This document shows positions 9,424-18,296 of a DNA stretch of 32,000 bases, piece after piece. Below the pieces are notes generated by a model, which was not told where the DNA came from, searched no databases, and saw nothing but the letters and a program-made list of their open reading frames with translations. Origin of the DNA: Polyangiales bacterium (lineage in GTDB: Bacteria; Myxococcota_A; Polyangia; Polyangiales; Polyangiaceae); assembly GCA_038210445.1 (NCBI GenBank), contig JBBQWQ010000078.1:59-32058 (forward strand). Direction: 5' to 3'. The position numbers were made by a program, and so were the translations under genes. The stretch's first letter is position 1, and each line of letters begins with the position of its first letter.

Positions 9424-10335
9424 ATGCGCGCCCCTCGCTTCCTGCTGGCCATCCCCCTTGTCGCGTGCGCTCTCGCGTCGGGCCTCGCGTGCGGTCACGC
9501 ACCTTCCGGCGCTGCGGAGACGTCGGGCGCCGCCGCCATCGGCCGAACCACCTTCGGCCCCATGCCGGCGCCCGATCGCATCGAAGCCAACCGGCACGGC
9601 GCCGAGATGCTGAAAACTGCGGGGTTTCGCGGAACCTTCGTGCTCTTCGACGGCGAGACCCGACGCTGGTCCGCCACCGACGCGCACCTCGCCGGCGAAC
9701 GCTACCTGCCGGCCTCCACCTTCAAGATTCCGAACGCGCTCATCGCCCTGCAGACCGGGGTGGCCACCGGCGAAGACTTCCTGCTTCGCTGGGACGGAAA
9801 GCCGCGTGGCCGGCCGGAGTGGGACCGCGACCACACGCTGGCCTCCGCCATGGAGGTCTCGGCGGTGTGGTACTTTCAGGAGATAGCGCGGCGGGTCGGG
9901 GAGGCCCGCATGCGTTCGTTCGTCACCGCGTTCGACTACGGCAACGGCGACGTGAGCGGCGAGGTCGACCACTTCTGGCTCCGCGGCAACCTGGGCGTGT
10001 CTGCGCTGGAGCAGGTGAACTTTCTTGGGCGAATGAAGGCGGGGGAGCTGCCGGTGGAGCGCGCCCACGTGGCCACGGTGGAGAAGATTACGACGCTCGC
10101 CTCGGGCAAGGACAAGACCGGCCCCTGGACCCTGCGCGGCAAGACCGGCATGCACGAGGACGCCGCCAACGCCCACGGGTGGCTCGTGGGCAGCGTCGAG
10201 CGCGCCGGTCGCACGCACATTTACGCGCTGCTTTTGGTGGGTCGCATCGAGGAGAGCGCGCGCATCATGGGCGCGCGAAAAGACCTGACGCGGGCTCTGC
10301 TCGACGACGCCCAGGTGCTCCCCGCCGCCTACTGA
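9424..10335 (+). CDS. class D (OXA-type) beta-lactamase, predicted lipoprotein
   Basis: Motifs S-T-F-K (PASTFKIPN), S-x-V (SAVWYFQ), Y-G-N (FDYGNGD) and K-T-G (RGKTGMH) occur in the right order and spacing. Signal/lipobox LVACALASGLAC. An alternative ATG at 9391 lies 1 nt after the rtcB stop. Confidence 0.85.
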   Translation: MRAPRFLLAIPLVACALASGLACGHAPSGAAETSGAAAIGRTTFGPMPAPDRIEANRHGAEMLKTAGFRGTFVLFDGETRRWSATDAHLAGERYLPASTFKIPNALIALQTGVATGEDFLLRWDGKPRGRPEWDRDHTLASAMEVSAVWYFQEIARRVGEARMRSFVTAFDYGNGDVSGEVDHFWLRGNLGVSALEQVNFLGRMKAGELPVERAHVATVEKITTLASGKDKTGPWTLRGKTGMHEDAANAHGWLVGSVERAGRTHIYALLLVGRIEESARIMGARKDLTRALLDDAQVLPAAY

Positions 10336-11348
10336 ACGGGCGCGCGCGTACTCGCGCTGGCCTTCGCGGTGGGCGCAGCCCCGGCGGTACTCGCACACTT
10401 GGTGCGATCGTAGCCCGGTAGCGATCGGTTCTCGCAAAGCCAGGGGTCGATCTCCGCGAGCTTCTCGCTCTGCACCCAGGCGAGCGATGCCACCTGCCAG
10501 AAGCCGGGCGTGATCTCCACGAAGTTTCCGGCGAGCGCGCCGTCCTTCACCTCGAACCACCGGTGCTCCTCTTCGCTACCCGCGGCGCTGGTCACCTGCG
10601 TCGTAAAAAGTGGGTCGAGCTCCCCCAGGCCAACCTTCTTCCAGCGCCCCTTCCACGACTCGCAACGAAACGACGCGGCCCCCTTGGCCTTGGCGGTCTC
10701 CACCACCGCGTGCGGACAGAAGGAAACGTCGACCGAGGTAGCGACGACTCCGCGCGCGGACGGGCGCGCCACCTTGCCCGCGTCGCCGCCCGCGCCGAGG
10801 CCCGCGCCAGAGAGCAGCCCGGCGATGCGCTTGGGGTCGGCGACGAACGGCTTGTCGTCGATGCCGTCGCCCACGATAGCGATGCGCGCGGCGCCGAGCC
10901 GCGTGGTGGTGCGGGTGACCTTGCCGGAGCCGATGTCGTCGTTCTCGGCGATGTCCACGTCGAAGATCTCGAGCTCCAGATCCTCGAGCGCCAGCGGAAG
11001 ATTCGTGAAGGTGCAGTGATACGCGTCGCGGCACTTGGGAACGCGTACGTCATCCATGGACGACCCCGACGGGAAGCACTGCGTCTCGCCGTCGCTGGTC
11101 GCGCAGAGGGCGATGTCGGGCGGCCCACTCCCCACGTCCCAGGGCCGGCCGTCCTTCTTCTTGCGGTCCACGTCCACGCGCACCGAGAGGGTGCCTGGCT
11201 TGGCGGTCAGGTCTGGGTCCGTCGTCGCGACGCCGTCGCCGTCGGGCGAGTCGGTTCGCGATTGCTTCGTGCGCTTGCCGCAGCCGCCCAAAACGGCGAG
11301 GACGAGCGGAAGCGCAAAAGCGAGGCGGAGGCTGGGGCAATGCGTCAT
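10329..11348 (-). CDS. lipoprotein, hypothetical; C-terminal 4-Cys domain paralogous to 6688..7326
   Basis: Lipobox LAVLGGC after MTHCPSLRLAFALPLV. The middle region has an acidic DVDIAENDDIGSG stretch. The C-terminal domain shares GLGEL, VKDGALAGNFV and WLCENRSLPGYDRTKCA with the 6688..7326 product. Confidence 0.75.
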   Translation of the reverse strand: MTHCPSLRLAFALPLVLAVLGGCGKRTKQSRTDSPDGDGVATTDPDLTAKPGTLSVRVDVDRKKKDGRPWDVGSGPPDIALCATSDGETQCFPSGSSMDDVRVPKCRDAYHCTFTNLPLALEDLELEIFDVDIAENDDIGSGKVTRTTTRLGAARIAIVGDGIDDKPFVADPKRIAGLLSGAGLGAGGDAGKVARPSARGVVATSVDVSFCPHAVVETAKAKGAASFRCESWKGRWKKVGLGELDPLFTTQVTSAAGSEEEHRWFEVKDGALAGNFVEITPGFWQVASLAWVQSEKLAEIDPWLCENRSLPGYDRTKCASTAGAAPTAKASASTRAPVQ

Positions 11349-11398
11349 TCGTGGGTTCCTCGAGGGGCGTACGCGAGCGCGAAAGAGGGGGCGGCCGT

Positions 11399-14300
11399 AT
11401 GCTACGCTCGAAAGTTGGGCCTCTTCCCTGCCCTGCGCGCGGTCGCGACTCCCTCCACGCGTTCACCCGCGTGCGCGTCGTCTACGAGAGCGCATACTTC
11501 GTGGTCCGAGCAGACGGCGACTGCGTCCTCGTCGAACGCACCGGTCGCGCCGACGCCTTCGACAGCGAGCTCGAGGCCGACGTCTTCATGCGCAGCCGCG
11601 CCGGAGCGCTCGCACAAAGCGGGCCTGATTTCCTTGGCGCAGGTGCGCGCTTCCGCTACGGAAGAGACGTGAGCGAACTCCACGCAGCCTTTCAGGACGC
11701 GTTGCGCGGAGTGCTTCGCGAGATGCCGGCGCCCGAGCTCACCCGCGGCCGCCGCTACGCCGCCGAAGGACGCGTCCGCATTGCCAGCTACCGCGACGGG
11801 CTGATGCGGGCGACCGTGCGCGGCTCGGCCCCGTACCAGGTGGTGCTCCACCTCTTCGGCAAGACCGTGCGCGATCAATGCGAGTGCGAGGCCTGGCACC
11901 GCGAAGGGCTCTGCAAGCATGTGGTGGCGGCGGCCACGGTGTTCCTCGAAGACGACGCCCACGCAGAGAGCGCCGAACCGGCGGGGGCGCAGAGCAAGCT
12001 GCGCTTCGAGCACGCAGCGGCCTTCGACGTGGTCGCCCGCCTGGAGCTTTACTGCGGACGCGCGCTCCCGGCGGCCGCGCCCGGCATGACGTTCGGTCAG
12101 TGGCAGCGCAACGTTGTGGCCTTGCGCCAGGAGACGCGGGCGCTGGTCGCGGCGGTGCTCGAACGGTATCTGCCGGAAGTGGAGGCTTCTCGCCGCGCCC
12201 TCATCGAGCAAACGTTCGAAGGGAGCGAGCCGCTCCTGAAGTCACTGGGTGAGGCCTATGCGTTCGCCGCAACGTCGTTGGCGCGCCACGCCATGCCGCT
12301 GCCGGACGACGCACGCTTCGGCGGATGGGAGCATGCCTTCGATGCAGCCACCGGCACCCTCACGGTTTCTCCCCGGCTGGCGCGGCGATCGCTGCCGGCA
12401 CTTCGCATCACCGTTTCGCCGGACCCCGATGCGCCGTCTCCTGTCGTTCACTGGACCCAGCCCCACGCGGTGGATGCCGCCGAGCTCGGCGCATTGCGAG
12501 CGCTGCTGCGCACGCTGGGCGATGCGAGCGCGCCGCTCACCGCCGAGCTCGCCCGGCATCTGGCGCGCGCCCGCTGGGAGCACCTGCTCGATCGCGTGAC
12601 CGGCAAGCCCGTGGCGCCGCAGAGCGTGGCGGAGCTGGGTTTCGTCGTCATCCCCGTGGGCCGGAGCGCGCGGGTCTCGCTGGTGGTGCGAAGCGGGCGT
12701 GGAAAAGCCGCGCGATGGCGCGCCATCCGGCTCTCGGCGCTCCTCGACGGCAGTGTCTCGGCCTCGGCGCTCGAGCGCGAGATCGGCGGCTTCGTGGTGT
12801 CGCAGGCGGCGCGCGGCAACGAGGTCTACGTCGACTTGGGGTCCCCGCTGGGGTTCGCCACACTGGAGCGAATTGCCCAACATCCTCGGGTATTCGGCGA
12901 CAGCGAAGGCACCACCACCCTGCGCATCGTCACCGGCAACGTCACGCTCGAGCTCGCCCACACGGTGAACACCATGGCCCGGGCGCGCTTCGTGGTTGCG
13001 GGCCACGCGGTGCCCATGGAGGCGCTCGACCCTTTGGCGCGATCGCAGAGCGCGCACCTGGCGTTCGCGGTGGGTGACGTGCTGGTTGCCGGCCAGCTCG
13101 CCTCGGGTCTGCGCCCGTGGGTCAAAACCGCCTTGGACCTGGGCCCCACCGCGCTCGAATTCCCCGACGCGGCGCTGCCTCGATTGCGGGCCGCGCTGCT
13201 CCCGTTGGTGCCGGGTGGGCACGCGCGCATTCCTTCGTCGGTGCTGGGCACCGAGATCGCCGCGCAGCCGCGGGCGGCGCTGGCCATCGACTGGGCCCCC
13301 ACCACCAGCGTCGAGCTCATGGTCGAGATCGCCCCCGGCGCGCCCCTGCTCCGCGCGGGCGAGGGCCCTCCGCTCCTGACTTTCACCCGCGACGGCGTGG
13401 CGCTGTTTGTGAAGCGGGCCATGGCGCAAGAGGCAGCCTGCCTCGCGCCGCTGCGCGCGGGGCTGGGCGCGTGGGTGGAGTGGGACGAAGCCACCGGCGG
13501 CGCCACCGGCACCACCTTGGGCCTGGAGGCGACGCTGGCGCTCCTCGACTTCGCCGACGCCAACCCGCTCGAGATTCGCATCGAGATGCGAAGCGGAATG
13601 CGCCCTGCCACTGTGAAGTGGGAGCGCGCCGAAGCGCAGCTCTCGGTCGATCGCTCGCAGCAGTGGTTCGCGCTCCGCGCCTCGGTGGGGACGGCGGGCT
13701 CGCGCGCCAAGGTGCCGCTGGGCGACATCCTCCAGGCCATTCGCGACGCGCAGCGCTACGTGCCCATGGGCGATTCGCGATACCTAGAGCTCACCAGCGA
13801 GGTTCGCGACGCGCTCCTGCCCATGGCCTTCGCGGCGGTGGAAGACGAGGGCGCGGGAGGCGACAACGCGCCGATTCGCCTTCACGAGGGCTTCGGTTCG
13901 GCGCTGGTGGCGGCGCGGGCCTACTTCGGTGCGGTGGAGGGCGGCGTCGACATCGACGCCATCGAGGCGCGTTTCGGCAAGCGAAAGCGGGTGCGGAGCC
14001 CGGCCAAGATCGAGCGCGGTGAGCTGCGCGACTACCAGCGCGACGGCGTGGGCTGGATGCAGAGCCTCGCTACCTGGGCGCCCGGCTGCGTGCTGGCCGA
14101 CGACATGGGGCTCGGCAAGACCGTGCAGACTGCAGCGGTTCTTCTCGCGCGGAAGAAGTTGGGACCGGCGCTGGTGGTGGCGCCGGCTTCGGTGTCGTTC
14201 AACTGGAAGGCGGAGCTCTCGCGGTTCGCGCCCAGCCTCCGGGTGCACTGGTTCAACGAAGACCGCGAGCTGGCGATTCCGGAGCTCGGAGCCGGCGACG

Positions 14301-15412
14301 TGGTGGTGGTCTCCTACGGCCTGGTGCAGAAGCGAGCGAAAAGCTTCGCTCGGCAGTGGCCGACCCTGGTGCTCGACGAGGTGCAATACCTGAAAAACCA
14401 CCTGGCCAAGCGCAGCACCGCCATCCGCGACCTATCGCGCGACTTCACCATCGCCCTCAGCGGCACGCCCATGGAAAACCACCTGGGCGAGCTGTGGAGC
14501 GTGGTGAACCTGGTATTTCCAGGCCTCCTGGGCAGCGAGCCGAGCTTTCGCGCGCGCTTCCGCCAGACCATCGAAGGCCACGACAGCGCGCCCTCGCTCG
14601 GTGCCCTAAACCTGCTCTTGCGCCCGTTCTTGCTGCGGCGCACGCGGGCCGAGGTGCTCGCCGAGCTGCCGCCGCGACAGGACATCATCGAGTACGTCGA
14701 CCTCGACCCGGAAGAGACCCGGCGCTACGAAAACTTTCGCCACGCCTGCGACATGCAGTTCTCGAAGAAGGACCGCCGAGTCACCAGCGCCCAGCAGAAG
14801 ATACAGATTCTCGCCGCGCTCACCCGCCTCCGGCAGCTCGCCTGCCACCCGGGGTTGGTCGACGCCTCGTTCACCGGCGAGTCTTCGAAGTTGAAGCGCC
14901 TGCGCACGCTCTGCCTCGAGCTGCGCGAGCAGCGGGCCGCCGCCCTGGTGTTCAGCCAGTTCACCACGCTCCTGGGGCGCGCGCGGGCCGACCTCGAGCA
15001 TGCCGGCCTGCGGGTGGGGTATCTGGACGGCGCGACCCCACTGGGGGAGCGGCGGCGGCTGGTCGACGCCTTTCAGGACGGGCAATTCGATGTATTCTGC
15101 ATTTCTCTCACCGCCGGCGGCACTGGCCTGAACCTGACCCGCGCCAGCTACGTGGTGCACCTCGACCCCTGGTGGAACCCCGCGGTAGAGGAGCAGGCCA
15201 ACGCGCGCGCGCACCGCATGGGGCAGGAGCGGGCGGTCACCGCCTACCGCATCGTGGCGCGCGGGACCATCGAGGAGGGCATTCTTTCGCTCCACGCGCG
15301 CAAGCGCGATCTGGTCGCCTCGGTGCTCGACGGAAAGTCTGCCACCACCCCACTGGCGCCGGAAGAGTTGCTCGACCTTCTGCGCTTCCGCGAGACGCTG
15401 GGCGGCTCATGA
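11399..15412 (+). CDS. SWIM zinc finger / SNF2-family helicase (DEAD-like N plus helicase C)
   Basis: SWIM CxCx(n)CxH in CECEAWHREGLCKHV. SNF2 motifs LADDMGLGKTVQ (I), DEVQYLKN (II), LSGTPMENHL (III), and C-terminal TAGGTGLNLT and QANARAHRMGQ. ATG at 11399 is preceded by AGAGGGGG, and third-position GC bias is already present from about 11440. Confidence 0.85.
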   Translation: MLRSKVGPLPCPARGRDSLHAFTRVRVVYESAYFVVRADGDCVLVERTGRADAFDSELEADVFMRSRAGALAQSGPDFLGAGARFRYGRDVSELHAAFQDALRGVLREMPAPELTRGRRYAAEGRVRIASYRDGLMRATVRGSAPYQVVLHLFGKTVRDQCECEAWHREGLCKHVVAAATVFLEDDAHAESAEPAGAQSKLRFEHAAAFDVVARLELYCGRALPAAAPGMTFGQWQRNVVALRQETRALVAAVLERYLPEVEASRRALIEQTFEGSEPLLKSLGEAYAFAATSLARHAMPLPDDARFGGWEHAFDAATGTLTVSPRLARRSLPALRITVSPDPDAPSPVVHWTQPHAVDAAELGALRALLRTLGDASAPLTAELARHLARARWEHLLDRVTGKPVAPQSVAELGFVVIPVGRSARVSLVVRSGRGKAARWRAIRLSALLDGSVSASALEREIGGFVVSQAARGNEVYVDLGSPLGFATLERIAQHPRVFGDSEGTTTLRIVTGNVTLELAHTVNTMARARFVVAGHAVPMEALDPLARSQSAHLAFAVGDVLVAGQLASGLRPWVKTALDLGPTALEFPDAALPRLRAALLPLVPGGHARIPSSVLGTEIAAQPRAALAIDWAPTTSVELMVEIAPGAPLLRAGEGPPLLTFTRDGVALFVKRAMAQEAACLAPLRAGLGAWVEWDEATGGATGTTLGLEATLALLDFADANPLEIRIEMRSGMRPATVKWERAEAQLSVDRSQQWFALRASVGTAGSRAKVPLGDILQAIRDAQRYVPMGDSRYLELTSEVRDALLPMAFAAVEDEGAGGDNAPIRLHEGFGSALVAARAYFGAVEGGVDIDAIEARFGKRKRVRSPAKIERGELRDYQRDGVGWMQSLATWAPGCVLADDMGLGKTVQTAAVLLARKKLGPALVVAPASVSFNWKAELSRFAPSLRVHWFNEDRELAIPELGAGDVVVVSYGLVQKRAKSFARQWPTLVLDEVQYLKNHLAKRSTAIRDLSRDFTIALSGTPMENHLGELWSVVNLVFPGLLGSEPSFRARFRQTIEGHDSAPSLGALNLLLRPFLLRRTRAEVLAELPPRQDIIEYVDLDPEETRRYENFRHACDMQFSKKDRRVTSAQQKIQILAALTRLRQLACHPGLVDASFTGESSKLKRLRTLCLELREQRAAALVFSQFTTLLGRARADLEHAGLRVGYLDGATPLGERRRLVDAFQDGQFDVFCISLTAGGTGLNLTRASYVVHLDPWWNPAVEEQANARAHRMGQERAVTAYRIVARGTIEEGILSLHARKRDLVASVLDGKSATTPLAPEELLDLLRFRETLGGS

Positions 15413-15831
15413 CCCATCACTGGCCCTTCTGGCTCGCCTCGGCGGCGGTGAGCGTGGTCCTCTTCATCGCCGGCACACTGCTGGCGCGGCACATGCTCGT
15501 CCGCGCGCCGGCGGATTTTTTGTGGCGCCCGCCTTCGCGCAAGCGGCGCGTGCTCCGCACGGCGGTGGGGGTGATGGTGGTGCTGGTGGGGGTGGCCCTT
15601 CTGTTCTTGCCCGGGCCGGGCATCGTCTTCATCGTGCTGGGCGTCGCGTCGTTCGAGTCGCCGCTGCGCAAGCGTGTGCTCGCGGCGGCCTTCTCGCGTC
15701 CGTGGATCCTCAAGGAGGCCAACGCGCTCCGGGTTCGCCACGGTCGTCCGCCGCTCGAGTCGGGGCCTACTGACGAGGTTCGGCCGCGGGCGCCGTCGTC
15801 GCCCGACGACGCGGACGCACCACGCATGTAG
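15409..15831 (+). CDS. small 2-TM membrane protein, PGPGW-like
   Basis: The ATG overlaps the helicase stop (ATGA). It has two hydrophobic helices, the second carrying LFLPGPGIVFIVLG, which resembles the PGPGW transmembrane family. Confidence 0.6.
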   Translation: MTHHWPFWLASAAVSVVLFIAGTLLARHMLVRAPADFLWRPPSRKRRVLRTAVGVMVVLVGVALLFLPGPGIVFIVLGVASFESPLRKRVLAAAFSRPWILKEANALRVRHGRPPLESGPTDEVRPRAPSSPDDADAPRM

Positions 15832-15912
15832 GGCAACCTACTCTCGCCACCGGCGCGCGCGCTCGCCCTTGGTGTTGACTCCCACCCGCCAAGCCTCTAC
15901 TGCGGACCGGAG

Positions 15913-16560
15913 ATGGGCTGGTACGACGTCTTCTCGTGCTTCTACGACCGTACGCTCACGAGCCTCTACGCAGAGGCTCGCCGCGAGGCATGCCTGGCGC
16001 TCGATCCGCGGCCCACAGACACGGTGCTCGACCTGCCCTGCGGCACCGGCCAGAGCTTCGACGTGCTGGCGCCCGCGCTCACCGGCGGTGGGCACCTGGT
16101 CGGCGTCGACCTCAGCGACGGCATGTTGCGGCGGGCGAAGGAACGCATCGCGCGCAACGGGTGGACCCACGTGCAGGCGGTGCAGGCCGACGTGCTCTCG
16201 CTCGAGCGGGCGAGCCTCGAGGCGGTTGCACCCCGGGTCGATGCGCTTCACGTGTTCCTCGGGCTATCGGCCTTCCCCGACTGGGAAAACGCTTTTCGCC
16301 ACGCCTGGGCGCTGCTGGTTCCTGGGGGTCGGTGCGTGGTGGTCGATGTGTACTCGGCGGCGCCCGGCCTGCAAGGCCACATGGTCAACGCGGTGGCGCG
16401 CGCCGATGTTCGCCGGCGCTTCTGGGAGCCGCTCTCGAACGTGGCAGAGAACTACAGCCGGCGCGAGCTCCCCTCGCTTCCCGACCACGGCGGCCAGCTC
16501 TACCTGGCGCGAGGCACCAAGCCTGCGCGCTCCGCCACCGCAGCCGGGTCCTGCGCATAG
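15913..16560 (+). CDS. class I SAM-dependent methyltransferase
   Basis: Motif I VLDLPCGTGQS, motif II-like LVGVDLSDGML, and a post-I acidic residue. 215 aa. Confidence 0.8.
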   Translation: MGWYDVFSCFYDRTLTSLYAEARREACLALDPRPTDTVLDLPCGTGQSFDVLAPALTGGGHLVGVDLSDGMLRRAKERIARNGWTHVQAVQADVLSLERASLEAVAPRVDALHVFLGLSAFPDWENAFRHAWALLVPGGRCVVVDVYSAAPGLQGHMVNAVARADVRRRFWEPLSNVAENYSRRELPSLPDHGGQLYLARGTKPARSATAAGSCA

Positions 16561-17294
16561 AACGCCGCGAGCTGCTCGTAGAGCTCGGGGTGGCGCTTCT
16601 GCAGGGCGCCGGGCCGCTCGAAGAACATCTCGGTTGCCACCGCGAAGAACTCCGGCGGGCTGGTGGCAGCGTAGGCGTCGATGTCGGTGGGCATGCCGTG
16701 GTGAATCTCGTCGGTCAGCTCCGCGAATTCGCTCCCCAGCACCTCGGCCCAGCGTGAGTAGCGCGCGCGGGTCCCCAGGTCGGGGGCGCCATCGACGGCG
16801 CCGTCTTCGGCGTCGAGCTGGTGGGCGAACTCGTGGAGCACGACGTTGTGTCCGTCGCCCATGAAGTGCGCGCCCCGGAGCACGTGATCCCAGGCCAGGA
16901 TCACCGAGCCTCGACTCCACGATTCGCCGAGTCGCACTTCTTCGGACTCGAGCACCAGCGCGCCGTCGCGACGCTGCCCCGTAGCGCGGTAGGCGTGCGG
17001 GTACACGAGAATGGTGTCGAGGCCGGGGTAAAGGTCGGTCTTGCGGTGGAGCAGCAAGAGGCAAGCCTGGGCGGCGATGGTCAGGCGCATCTCGTCGTCC
17101 ACCTCGAGCCCGCCGCAGCCCTCGAAGGACTTCTCCGCCAGGAAGACCTGGACCAGGCCCTGGAGCTCCGCCGCGTCTTCCGCCGAAAGCCCTCGCACGT
17201 AGGGCACGTTCTCCGTCACCAGCGCCCATGCCTCCGGCGAGAACGGTTTCTCGCGCAGCTCGGCTCGGCGCCGCTTCTTCCAAAAGTCGAACAT
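16500..17294 (-). CDS. mtfA: MtfA-family zinc-dependent peptidase (M90)
   Basis: Start at MFDFWKKRRR. HEFAHQLD zinc motif plus the downstream PEFFAVATEMFFE block typical of MtfA (Mlc titration factor A). The 3' end overlaps the convergent methyltransferase by 61 nt. Confidence 0.85.
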   Translation of the reverse strand: MFDFWKKRRRAELREKPFSPEAWALVTENVPYVRGLSAEDAAELQGLVQVFLAEKSFEGCGGLEVDDEMRLTIAAQACLLLLHRKTDLYPGLDTILVYPHAYRATGQRRDGALVLESEEVRLGESWSRGSVILAWDHVLRGAHFMGDGHNVVLHEFAHQLDAEDGAVDGAPDLGTRARYSRWAEVLGSEFAELTDEIHHGMPTDIDAYAATSPPEFFAVATEMFFERPGALQKRHPELYEQLAAFYAQDPAAVAERAGLVPRAR

Positions 17295-17356
17295 GGGTGG
17301 GAGCGTATGCGCCCGGCGGCAAGTTCGCACCGTTTCTGCGCTATGCTTCGGCGCCC

Positions 17357-18181
17357 ATGCCGCCCAAAGTCTCCGTGGTGGACCCCGTTCTCGGTCCCCT
17401 CACCGACGATCTTCTCACCCGGGACTTTCGCGTGTTTCAGCGCCGGCACGGGCACCGATTCTCGGTGGACGACGTGGCCACGGCGTTCGTCGCGGCAAGA
17501 GAAGCTCCGTCCGCCGACCGCATCCTCGACCTGGGCTGCGGGCTGGGGTCGGTGCTGCTGCACATGGCCTGGACGCACCCGCAGGCGACCCTGGTGGGCA
17601 TCGAAGCCCAGGAGGTCTCGTTCGCGCTCCTCGAGCGCAACGTCGCGCGCAACGGGCTCGAAGGCCGAACGAAGTTGCACCACGGCGATCTGCGCGACGC
17701 TGCGAGCGTGGCCAAGCTCGGCCGCGCCTACCCACTCATCACCGGTACGCCGCCGTATTTCCCCCCCGATGCGGCCCTGGACGCAGAAGACCCGCAGCGG
17801 GCCTTCGCGCGCATCGAGTATCGCGGCGGCGTCGAAGCCTACATCAAAGCAGCGGCGCCGCTCCTCGCCGAGGGCGGCGCGCTGGTCTTGTGCGGCGATG
17901 CCCGCGCGGAGCATCGGGTGACGGCGACCCTCGGACCCGTGGGCTTGCAGCTTCGGGCCCGCACCACGGTGATTCCCCGCGAAGGCCGCGATCCCTTGTT
18001 CGCGGTGTGGACCCTGCGGCGGCGGGCGGCGGGCGTGGAAGGCCAGGCGTCCGTCGAGGCTTCGACCCTGACGCTGCGAGATGCCGAAGGACGAAGCGCC
18101 GAAGGAGCGCAGACCCTGCGCGCCTTCTCCGGCTTCGCTCCCGCAGGCTCCGCGGCGCGTCGGGAATCGTCCGACGCCTGA
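17357..18181 (+). CDS. SAM-dependent methyltransferase, YfiC/TrmN6-like (N6-adenine type, TPPY variant of NPPY)
   Basis: ILDLGCGLGSV (motif I) and ITGTPPYF (motif IV-like). The N-terminal FRVFQRRHGHRFSVD resembles the small-domain tRNA/rRNA base methyltransferases. Confidence 0.7.
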   Translation: MPPKVSVVDPVLGPLTDDLLTRDFRVFQRRHGHRFSVDDVATAFVAAREAPSADRILDLGCGLGSVLLHMAWTHPQATLVGIEAQEVSFALLERNVARNGLEGRTKLHHGDLRDAASVAKLGRAYPLITGTPPYFPPDAALDAEDPQRAFARIEYRGGVEAYIKAAAPLLAEGGALVLCGDARAEHRVTATLGPVGLQLRARTTVIPREGRDPLFAVWTLRRRAAGVEGQASVEASTLTLRDAEGRSAEGAQTLRAFSGFAPAGSAARRESSDA

Positions 18182-18296
18182 CGCAAGCGGGGCGGGCGCG
18201 ACGCAATCGGTTCGGCGTGCGCAACCGATGCGGGGCAAGCGGCTCTACCGCCGGCCGGGAACCAGGCCGGCTCCCTTGTTGCAAGAGACGCGGGCC

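Noticed and set aside
11351-11398. The upstream alternative start (11351) of the SNF2 ORF, and a later GTG (11669) just before the SWIM region.
   Set aside because: 11351 lies 3 nt from the divergent lipoprotein start and has no RBS. 11669 would discard ~90 codons that already show strong third-position GC bias. The ATG at 11399, preceded by AGAGGGGG, was kept.
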